From Carcharhinus longimanus (Eukaryota), in contig JASCQW010000133.1 in NCBI GenBank assembly GCA_030264375.1, positions 15,391,417 to 15,455,416 of the forward strand: DNA of 64,000 nt, in the 5' to 3' direction. Positions 26,201 through 38,200 of the stretch are shown here, piece after piece; the first letter of the stretch is position 1, and each line of letters opens with the position of its first letter. The position numbers were made by a program, and so were the translations under genes. Under the pieces are notes generated by a model. It was not told the origin of the DNA and searched no databases. It saw nothing but the letters and a program-made list of their open reading frames with translations.

Positions 26201-29200
26201 GCATTAGATTCTGCTAATGCGTGGTTTTAAAGTTGTCTCTTCCTCATGAAAAAGATACAATTATTTATTTCTGCAGTTACAATTTTGATATTTTGAACTT
26301 CTGTATTCTCAGTATGTTTAGTGTAAGGTCTAAAGGGTGTCAGGGAGGGGTAATACCTGTGGTGGGGGAACATGTCGTGTTCTTCTCAGGGTAGTTTGTC
26401 CACCCCTTGTCCCCATCCGGCACTCAGTTCTCACCCGTGGCTTCCTGTAGCTGTTTGCATGCGACAGCGGCCACACCCCGGGCAACGGCTTCGACAAGCC
26501 AGCTAAACCAGGTGAGGTGGCTGACGGGTCTCGGTGAGATAGGGAGATGTCTATCCTGGCATGTGAAGACAGACTCCGGTGGATTGAGCGGACGAGACCA
26601 ATGAAAGGTCCAATGGTCAAGAAGGCAATCTCTGCAAGCGTCATGGAACGCGAAGAGCAGGACAAGATACAGAAGACGTCCTGGTCATCCACTGCGCCTG
26701 GACCCATTTCCAGCCGTCTTGACTCTTGTCTTGCCACTGGATCCAGATGGGAATTGGGAAGAGAGAGTGAGGCTGACATTGCACAACTCTCCCTCACTTT
26801 AATCCAAATCAAGCGCTAGTCTCGACACCACCACCATCATCATTGTCATCCCTGTCCAGTATGTGCCAGGACATTCCGTGCCCGAATTGGCCTGATCAGT
26901 AATCTGCGGACACACTGCATCCAGCCTCAAAATGACTGATGGTGTCGAGGTCCTCATTGATGACAATGGACGAACAAAATGTTTAGCCTAGATTTAAAAA
27001 TTGAAGAGTCATATTCAATATATAGCACATATAGAAACAATTTGGCCCATCAAAGGGAAATTATATTGGGTCTGAATATTAGTATTCTCTTTGGGACTAT
27101 TTTCTAGGAATCAAACTCTACATTTCTGATGATGACTGTTGCCAAGCGAAATGAGAAAATCCAGAGCGATTAATTGAAACTCAATACAATACGGTGAAAC
27201 TGAAAATGTAGTTAGAAATCTAAACTATAGGAATATTCTCAAGTGCAGCAATTGTTGCTATGATGGAGTAAAACAGGAAATACTGGATACACTCAATAGA
27301 TTATGCAGAACTGGAGAGAGAAACTGATTTGATGTTTCAGGTCAGTAACTTTTCAGCACAGCTGGAGAAAGTTAGGCATGCTACCAGAGGAAGGGAAAGA
27401 ACAAAAGGGGAAAGGACAGAAGAGATTAAATTCCAAAGGATGATGGTGCAAGACAAAAGGAATTCTACTGCGTGAAATAAAGGACCAAAGGAAGGTCTGT
27501 CAGAAGTGTACAAAAACAGAAAATGCTGGTAAATCTCAACAGGTCTGACAGCATCTGTGGGGAGAGAGTAGAGCCAACATTTTGAGTCTAGATCAGATCA
27601 TCGTAGTTTTTATGCAAAAGGTACAATAAAGTCACCAAAAACCCAGGTGATCTTTGGCTGCTCTCCCCTTTGAGGAGGAGAGCTGACTGGTGTTTTAACC
27701 TGAGAATCATCACACCTCAAGCAAGAAGCTAAGTTGAGAAGGCTGTCCTTCATGGAAATTGTTGTTGGTGTCTCTGCATCACGACCCAACTGTCCAGCCA
27801 ACTGAGCTAATAGATTTGGATTAGTTTTTATGCAGACCATGACAAAATATCTTAAAGTACCCCCTTTGAAAATTATGTAAAGTTGGTCCAGGAGGGTAAA
27901 GAAGGCTGCTTAGTGAAATTGTTGGAATAAATGTACAAATCAGACCATTTCCATCTAAAAGTAGACCATTTTGTTTTTGAAAATTAAATATAGGCTTATG
28001 TTTAGAAGGAGTTAGAACATTGTACCACAAGATTCATCAAAGTGTTACAAAGTGCTTACTTTTTGATGTCGTTAGAGACTGATCGAAGATGAATCACAAG
28101 TATTATGGTATTAAAAGGAGAAAGCATACTAACTTCATGAAGTAGTGCGATAAAATTTGCTAATGTGCAGTATACTAGAAATTGGTCTAGATACAAAGTA
28201 AGAATAATTTGGATTTGCTTAATTGTTTTAAATTAGATTCTGGATTTAGATTGTGTAGCTATGTATTTATATTGATCTAGAGTTGTGATTTTTGACTCTG
28301 AAAGGCAGGCAACTTCAGTTGCCTATTGCTGAAAAAAGAGACATGCTATCAAAGCGTTTTGTCTTGCATTCATCAGGATAGCTTGCAAGGATTTTCCAAC
28401 AGTAAAGAGGGGACAACAACGTATATTGCATGAGAAGAGAGTACGATGCCTCTGCCAATCGGAGTTTACTTGCCACCCAGTCAGCAACCTCTTCTCATGC
28501 AGTATATGTTCTCCCACTGCTATTGTAAAGTTCTTGCGAGCTGTCCTTAAGTGCAAAATGAAAAGCTTTGATAATGTACAACTTTTCCCTGGAATGCTCA
28601 AGTTCCGTACTGCCAAACAGCAACTTCAGTTCCATGAAGCAGTCTTGCACTGCTGTAACAATATAATGTGAATACAGTTCACCCTTTAAGATCTTTTTGA
28701 TAATGTTGCTTTAAAATTGGAATGTCTGATGCATTGTAGAAATACAAATACTGTAAGTATTTTAAAATAAGTACTGTATTTAAATGGTCTCTTTTTTAAT
28801 GTTGTTTCTGTCCACTTCCATGAATAACTCAAGAATTTTGGATTGATGTGGCATAAGCAGTTAATATAGGGTTGCCTACTTTGATCATTTACAAAATGGC
28901 AGGGACTGGGCTGGAAATTGGCATGAAATTAAGGAAATTCATTCATTCTCCTTTCACCCTTGTTGACTTACTTCCAGAGAAATTCCTTAAATATTATGCC
29001 AATCTTTCTCTTGATCCATCAAGATGCACAGGCAAAAATTATGTTGACTATTTTGGCTGCAAAGTCATCACCTGATACAATGCAACTTTGCAGTTGGCTC
29101 TGAAGCAACGTTGCACAAGTTTAAAATTTGTTGTGGGTACTTGCAATTTAGTTTTGTTATTCACAAAAGTTTAAATATGTTGTTATTTTCAGCCCTGTTG

Positions 29201-32200
29201 GCATGGGCATAGAGGACAGTCACTTACAACAGACAAGACACTGAATCCCAAACTCAAGAGGACTGTAGTAAATCTGTCACTTGGACAAATTAGCATCTGT
29301 TTTGTGTAATTGTGGGGTTTGGTATTTTGCCAGATTTGAGAAACAGGAGCTTTACAAATCCAGGCACAGCTGTAAAGTAATTTTGGAGATTTAAAAAGAT
29401 GTCCAAATTGTGCTGTTTTAGATAATAAAACTTAGTTGAGTGCCAGAATCAGCTGTGGGGCTCCATTTAGCACTGTACCATGCTTAACTTGGCACTCACA
29501 TTTAAGTTTCTGTTCTCTTGAAAGTCACAATTTAACAAGTAAATTTGTGTGCAGATTTAGAAATAATCCCAGAATGATATGCTAGCTTTCTTTGCATGTT
29601 GCAGTTAATGCTGCAGTTGATTTCCTGCACAGCCCTGGAATAAATTTGATTCCAATCCAAAGATGTACAGGCTGGGTGAATTGATCATGTTTCCTCCCAC
29701 ACCCCAAAGATGTGCTTTTAGGCTGATTGGAGTTAGCAAATTGACACTATTCTCCCCTGAATCTGNNNNNNNNNNNNNNNNNNNNNNNNNNNNNNNNNNN
29801 NNNNNNNNNNNNNNNNNNNNNNNNNNNNNNNNNNNNNNNNNNNNNNNNNNNNNNNNNNNNNNNNNGTGCTGGGTTGTTCTTTGTTCTTTGTTCTTTTAAA
29901 TTGCCCCTTAATGTCCAAAGATATGGAGGTTATGGAATTAACCATGATAAATCCACGGGGTTATGATGATAGAGAATTGGACTTGATGGGCTGACCAGCC
30001 TCCTGCTGATTGCCTTCTGTGGAGGTGTTCTTGCCCAGGAATTGAGTAATTAAATCATAATTTAAACTATTCATCAGAGGTCTTGTAGTTGTTGTTACAT
30101 GTTTACTTTTATCTAGCCCAATATATCTCCATAAATAAAGCCAAACATGAAGATGAATCTGTTTGTAAAACTTCAAACATTGAATTGACCTGTCTGAAGC
30201 AGATGTGCATCTGTGCTGCAAAAACTGAAACTTTTAAGTTTAAAATTGAACTTGAGTTAGAAATATTATATATTATGATATATCAGAATGAAACATGTCT
30301 CAATCAGAAACTAAATCACAATGTGATGTAGCATCAGTGCCTAAGTGAAGTTAATGTACATGTCCATCATATATATCTTGCAAAAACAGTAATTTCGTTT
30401 GGATGTTGCTCTGGCTGGTTTCAGTCTCGGTCGTAACATTATTGGCCAGATTCATGATTTGTATTCGGAATGTAAATCATATGAACTTCGCTTTTGAATT
30501 TGCCATTTTTGAAGATATGTTATTGCAATTAATAAAGTACTACATGGAAAAGAGGAGATTTGTCACAGATAATCTGTGATTGTCAATTTTGATCTCCAGT
30601 TTTTTTTTCAATCCTGTTGGTTCCTTGGCCCAAAGGGTGAAGTGCTTATTTGTTGGCTTTAAATTCCTTTTTGGTCACAACTGAAGGACCAGTTTTTACT
30701 GAGCAAAAGATTATTCTAGGAATGTTCACAAATGAAAGTACCACTCCACTAATTGCAAACAATTTTTAGATTTTCCTCCCATTGTGTATTTGTATTTATA
30801 TTAAAGCCAATTACATCTAAATAAGAAAACCTGAAACAGAACCTGGATTTTTTTTTCCCATCTGTCATTCCTCTTTCACAGATCACAGACAATATTCGTA
30901 CCAATTGTGCTTTATTCCCCACTCATTTATTGTTCTTAGGAATTGTGCACATTTTATGCCGCATTTCGCATGTTTCCCTCCCTCTCATGGTGTTAGCTTG
31001 GGAACTGGTATGTCCCACAGATGTGCAGTGTTTCTTTCTCTATTTACTTTATTTACTATTGCTTTTATGTTTTGCCATTACCATGTGTTATAAGGCAGGT
31101 CATTTAAAACAGATAAATTTTTAAAATTGTGGCAAGTAATTTAATCAATTTTTTTCTGATCTTTCACAGTGAGCACCTTTCCTGTTCCTTCACTTTCTTT
31201 CTGCATGGAGAGAGCAATGTCTGCACAAGTGTTGAAATTGCCCAGCACCAGCCTGTGTACCTTGTCAATGAAGAGCACATCAACATGGCACTCTTGTCAG
31301 CCACACCTTTTCAAGGTTAATTACTGAAGTATTTTTCTATAACTAAAATCCTGCAATCTGAAGTACTGTTTATTGATATTTTATTAAAACTTCTGCTTTG
31401 TCATCCAATGTTCATTTTTCTAGATTCATATAGAAACTTGAACTGATAAATTCAATAGTTGCTGGTTTAATATTTTGCTAATGTCAGAAACCATGCTCAT
31501 TAGGTGCATGTTTATTCCCCCCCTTAAATTTAAAGCTGCACTAAAGTTAGGTGGCACTTAATTTAGATATTCCTAAGTATGTCAGAGTCTTAGTCTAAAG
31601 TAGAAACCAAGCCAAAGGAGATGAAAGGAAGGGCGGCCAAAAACATTTTGTACTGATGGGTTTTGAGGAGGGCCCAAAGAATGAGCAGGCGATGGAATGT
31701 TTAAGGAAGGAATTTTGGAGCTTCAAGCTGAGGGAATGTTCACAATAACTTGAAGTGTTGAGGGATCCAAAACGAATATTGCACAATAGGGTGCAGGGAA
31801 TAGTTTTTGACAAGCTCACGTTTGGCATAGACAAATGGAAAGCTGGCCAGGAGACGACTGAGGTGGCACAAGATTGGATGAATGCTTTAGAAAAATTGTT
31901 GAAGGCGTAATAGTCGGCCTTTGTAATGGAGCAAATGTGAACTTGGTAGCTGAGATTATGATCTGTCTTAGTTGGCCTGAGACCGAATGCGACAAAGATG
32001 AGTTTCTCGTGTTTATTTTGAAGGGTAGATGATAATTGGTGCTGTGAAATATTACATATTTGGTGTGCTGAAACACTAATATACTTTTGGGCACTAAATC
32101 CGGATTTAATACAGGTGACTGCAGAAACCAGTTGCTTGTTTTGAAAATTGGGTTGTTATTCTGATTTTGAAATTACTTTCATAATGTCCATAATTGCATA

Positions 32201-35200
32201 TCCAAGTTCTCTCACTGTCAATTTTATTTGAGATTTAAAAATCCGCATCTGTCTGAAAGCTCCAGCCTTTTGGCCCATTTTTAGCGTGGGTTGCTAATTC
32301 TTAAATTATTTGCTATTGTCAGCATTAACAGCAAAACAATTATTATATGTCTGAAAGAAAATTCAAAATATAATCTTTTTTGCAGTCATCATTAGTCCAT
32401 TTGGACTGAATGGCACGCTTACAGGCCAGACATACAAGATGTCTGATCCAGCTACAAGGAAATTGATTGAAGAGTGGCAATACTTCTATCCAATGGTATT
32501 GAAGAAGAAAGAAACAAAGGAAGAGGAGGAGATGGACTGTGATGATGACTTCCCTGTAGCTGTTGAGGTTATTGTAGGTAAGTGTGGAGTAGTGCTTCTA
32601 AAGCAGTGATGTTCCAAGATAACCATATGTATCATCAAATTGTGTTGTCATTTTTTGAGTGCTATTTTAAGTTAGAGGCATCATTAACCTTCAACCATTT
32701 TAGGCTTATAATCAGCATATTTTTATATGCAAAAAAAAAAAATCATGTCTGCATGCCTTTTGCAGAAAACTGATCTTTAAAGAAACTAATACATTTTTGA
32801 TTATTGATTACAGATGTTGTCTTGTTTGCGATTTCATTTAAGTATGTGGTTTTATTTTTACCCTTTGAAAGTTTAACCAAATAAAAGCATTTCTTTTAAC
32901 AAATGAGATGCTAACTGAAATTTGGGACTAAATTTCTGAACAATATCAGTATTATGAGCTGTTCAACTCTAGACGAATATTTTTATTGAACGAAGCAACA
33001 CAAATAAAATGGTGTGAAGTTTTAGCAATATATGCATTCTTTCTGATGGAACAGCAAAATTCCTTCATGGATTTGCCTTCTTTTCAAATCATGAGGCCTA
33101 AGTAATAAATTCATTGGCAAAACTCTGTTAATTTCCATGATTTGGTTCTCATTTTCCATTCATGTTTGAGAACTTTTTGTCTTAAAACAAATGATTAAAT
33201 ATGCGATATGCTTTGTTCTGATTGTCCAGTAGGTTAGTAACCTTTAAGATAAAATTAGGTAGCTGAGCAACATGATTTTGTTTTGTAGTGTTTGCACAGA
33301 TCTTGTGTCTGCTTATTAATGTTGAGAAACCAAATAGATTCATTAAGTGGTGGTTAAATTCACAGAGGAAGATAAATGTTTGAATATTGTTCTGTATTTG
33401 ATCAGTTGTTAAATTAAAATGATTAACTTGTTTGATCAGGTGTAATCTTCATTACTTCTGTAGTCGCAAACAGCTTCTGTTTGTGTTAGTAGTTTTCACT
33501 ACTTTTAAGCATGATGTATGGAAGTTGTGCTTGAAATCAGATTTGTGAAGGCAATGTGACCTCTAATATAGTGCATTTTGTCTTTTTTGTGACTTGGGAT
33601 GGAAAAATTATCAATTACTCTCACTGGTATTTTATAATGTACAATAATGTTCAGCTGTAATATCCAATCTTTGGAAATACTTCATACATGTTAAATAGGA
33701 ATGTCACAAGTAAATCAGATATTTATTGAATTCTTATTTGGGTAATTGTTCATAACTTGAAATAACCAACTATATGGATTGCTGTATAAAATGCTGGAGC
33801 AGTTCTGATTGCCACACTACAGGAAGGAAGTGATGCATCTGAGAAGGTGTAGAGGAGATTCACCAGGATGTTGCCTAGGACTGGAGCGTTTCAGCTATCA
33901 AGAAGCACTGGATAGTTTAGTGTTGTTTTCTTCAGAGCAGAGAAGGCTGAGGGGTGGGACCTGATTGAGATGTATGAAATTGAGAGGTAAAGACAGGGTG
34001 GATAGGAAGGAACTTTCCCCTTAGCAAAGGGGCTCAAATTTAAGAGCAGGAGGCTTATAGGAGTGGTGGGAGCTCTCTGCCTGAAAGTGTGGTAGAAATG
34101 GAAACACTCAGAACATTCAAGAAGTATTTAGATGAGCACTTGAAATGCTGCAGTCTACAAGGACAAGTGCTGGAAAATAGGATTAGAATAAATAGGTGCG
34201 TGATGTTTGGCGCAGACAGGATGGGCCAAAGGGCCTCTTTTTTGTGCTGTAAAACTCTGACTCTAACCTACTACCTGAATTGATGTGGGTGATTTATTTT
34301 GAGAACTGAAAATATCTTGCCTTTAGGAAAGAAGAGGAAGACATTTTAAAAAATGTCATTTTCCTCCAGACTGGTTCTAGTGCTTCCACAGGTTTTGAAA
34401 ACATTATTTGTTTTTGTATTTCTGTAGGTGGAGTAAGAATGGTATACCCGTCAGCTTTTGTGTTGATTCCTCAGGGGGATATCCCTGTAATTTCAAGTGC
34501 TGCTAATGCAGGAGGCCATACAAATCCAACACAAGGACCAGGAAGTGTGAAAGACACCTTAAGTTGCGGATTGCCACTCACACCACCCACTTCACCTGAG
34601 CAGACCATAATAGGTATGTTTCTCACAAGTTGTTACTGCAGATTTGATATATCCAACTTTTATGATCATCTGTTTTTAGGTGTGGGTTGCCACTCGCCAC
34701 CCACCTCGCCTACGCAGACCATAAAGGCGTACTTCCCTTAAGTTAATGTAGGTTTCTGATGTATCTAACTTTTATGATGGTCTGCTATGATTAGTTTTAA
34801 CGTCTGTAATATAATTACTGATGAATAAAATCTAACATTAACAATTGGACCAGTAGATGTGTACTAAACATTTGTAGAGGCCTAGCATCAGGCTACCTGA
34901 AAAGTCCTGATTCCAATTTCATTAGTTGCTGTTAATGACTGGAACACTAAATGTGTTTTCATTTATTTTGTAATTCTTTCCTACTCCATTTATAATTTTT
35001 ATTCCATTTATATATTGATACTATATTTTTAAATCTTGCTGCCTGTTAGCTTGCCGATAACTTTATTTTGAATGCCTGAACATATTTAATCTATAACTTC
35101 TTTCTCTATTTAATATACTGCTGTTATGAGCTTGCCCTAATACTTAATTTTATTGTATTGGCACACACGCATCTACAATAAGTTTTAATTGTATACTGAG

Positions 35201-38200
35201 CTATAGAAACATAGTCATTGGTGAGTTCATTATCCTTTCAGCTTAAAACCTAGAATATTTGGGAGGGGAAGAAAATTATCTTCAGGTTATGTGGTGTGAA
35301 GTTTCAACATATGCAGGGCGCTGAGAGCAGTTGATTCTTCCTTGCAAACAGTTTGAAGTAATAGACTTGGCTCCCCATCACCCAAACTTTGTTTGGGACA
35401 AAACTATAGCATTTGTGTTCGTATCTACAATCTTCAATCTGTAATTGCTCTCTGTGCTTTCCAATGAGCCTTCCCCTTATCTGTTGATAGCACCGATTGG
35501 CCTAGAATTTGGGAGGAGCAACCAAGAGTTGTTATACTGTTCTGACCATCAATTTTCAAATCTACTGGGTATCTTTTTGTGGACCAAAATGTTAATGTAG
35601 TTACTGAATGATCGATGTTGGACAGTTAATGTTTGCACCAGTTGAGGTAGGCATTCCAGCTGAGGTAAAGTTTGAATTTTTGATGTTGGCTCCCCTAAAT
35701 ATATTATTAGCAAAATATCACCTTGTGCAACACTAAACTGTACAAAGCAGACAAGTATCCCAGTTTTATTTTTGCAACTGTTGCCTCAGCTATGTGAGTG
35801 GTTCATGTTGTGCAATTGACCTCAATGTTCCTAACCCTGCTAGGGTGCTTGTATGCATGGGTATCAGCTGAGGGCAGTCTCTAAATCCCCTGGGATGCCA
35901 ACAACAACAATCACTTAAGCAACGTACCAGAATTGATTCCAGTAATCACAATGAACAAGATTAGCATCCTTACCAACAAAGTGGTAAAGGTTGGTGAAAA
36001 TGGATGGCAGTTTATTCTTCCAGAATTCTATTAGATGAAAGCAAATTATTTGTAACAAATGTTTTTTATTATCATTTATATCTACTTAAATTATCCAAAG
36101 AATATTTAAATCAAAATTGTAGTGATTGAGCAGCAAATTACTCAACACCATCTATAGAAATTAGCAACAGTTGTTGTGGGATATGACACCCTAATTGGAT
36201 GCTTTAGCTATACATAATTACGCAATAATGTCTATGATACTCGCTCTTTAGACCAGATATAAATATTATTATTTTAAACAAAGCAGAATGTTGCTTGAAA
36301 CATACGTTTGCAACAATGCAGAATATCAGATTTCAGGAACCAAGTTACAAAGCTATAATTTAGAATTCTGACCTTGTATAGTGCAAGAATAATGTTTGGA
36401 TAGCTTGAATGCATCAGCAACAATTGGATTGCTTGAATGCATCCGCTATAAAGGCAGAATATCTGTCTTAAACATTGTCACTTGCTAAATAACTCAATAT
36501 GCAAATAGAGCAATTCAGGTTAGCTGTAGGAGCAATCTAGAAGTGCATTGTTTGGTGAACTGTGGTAGGACTAATTTTTCTTCCCAGTGGGATATATGAG
36601 GATATACGTAACACTGAGTGCAGGCACTTCAGTCAGGGGCTTCTTGCCTGAACGAGGCCCTTTCCCCAATTTCAGTATTGGACTTTATTAAAAGAAAAAG
36701 AACCATGGACATTTATCTGACCTCTGCCATACCCTGCCCAGAGCCTAGGACACATCTCTGGAAAAGGACTGACAATCCAGCATCATATTACATCATTTAT
36801 ATATAGCTACAGCACCAGTTAATGCGTTTATGCAAATAGAGAATAGGTGCTTTTTTTTTTGTTGTCTTTGCCTGTGCTCTGCAAGTCCATTTTCCTTTTA
36901 ATTTAAATTCCAGCTGCTGCACTGTCACCTGGTGTGTAACATACTGAATCACACTTGCTGCACCTGTTCCACTTCTCCAAGTTGTACTGCCTAAAATTTG
37001 GAGCGAAAAAATGGCATTGCTAGAAACAAGAAAAAAAGCCAATCCCTCTATGTCTCCGAGATCCTAGGTTGCTATTTGTAGAGGTAGGAGGGGAAAGAGC
37101 AAGAGAGATGGTTATGATTAGGAGCCAGGATAGGAATTGAACCTCTTGAGGCTGCTCTGCCATTCAACATGATTGTGGCTGCTCTTAAATCGGCCTCATC
37201 TCTACCTTCCCGCCTATTCCCTATAACGTTTCATCCCTCCGTTAATTAAAAATGTAGCTTTCTCTTCCTTGAATTTATTCTGGTGTCCACAGTGCTCTGG
37301 GATAGAGAATTCCACAGATTCACGACCCTTTGCGTGAAGGAATTCCTCCTTATTTCTGTCTTAAATTTGCCACTTCCTCACCTGAATCTATAGCATTTCA
37401 TTCTAGTATGTTCAACAGGAAGTAAAATCTGCTCTGCGTCTACCTTGTCTATCCTCTTTAGCATTTTGTATACCTCAATTGGACCTCCTCTGATTCTTCT
37501 AAACTGCAGTGAGTATAAGCCTAAACTGCTCAATATCTTCATAAGACAAGCCCTTCATCCCTGGAATCAATCTAGTAAACATATTTACAAACCCTTCCAT
37601 TCAGACTTCTAATAGCTGATCTGCATGAACTGGAATCATGATCTGTAAAGGTGGTGGAAACAGATTTAATAGTATCTTTCAAAATAGAATTGGATATATA
37701 CTTGAATATAAGGGCTTTGTCATTTTAAAAAAAAAAGCAGGGGAGTGGAACTAATCTGAGCTGTACAAAGAGTTAGCACAGATTCCATGAACTACTTTCA
37801 GTTCTGAATGAGTCTATAGGAAAAAATAAAGAAATCCAGCTCCTCAGTATGTTTTCGCAAGTGAAATATGACCACTTGGAAATTAATCTAGCAAAATATT
37901 AGAAAAGGTGTAATGCCTTTTTCAACTCGATGTTCCAAAATATTTTACAGCTGGAAGCATAGCACTGTAGTAATAGAGGAAATCCAATTTGTGAACAGCA
38001 GGTCTACAGACAGCAATTAAATAAATGACCATATCACCTGTTAGGTATAGAACGTATGCTTGCCAGGGCACTTGGAAAACTCCTGCTCTTCAAATAGTGC
38101 CCTGACTCTTTTACATTGACCTGAAAGGACAGATGTGGCCTCGATTTAACATCTCATAACCTGAAAGAGGCTGTGCTGAGGGTGTTCCAACTTATGTTAT

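Noticed and set aside
26330-26812. 160-aa minus-strand ORF as a nested gene
   Set aside because: Lies antisense within the GC-rich RTE-derived element; no recognisable domain or splice context.
27126-27150. Second CTGATGA...CGAAA match
   Set aside because: No convincing stem II or flanking stems; a chance match.
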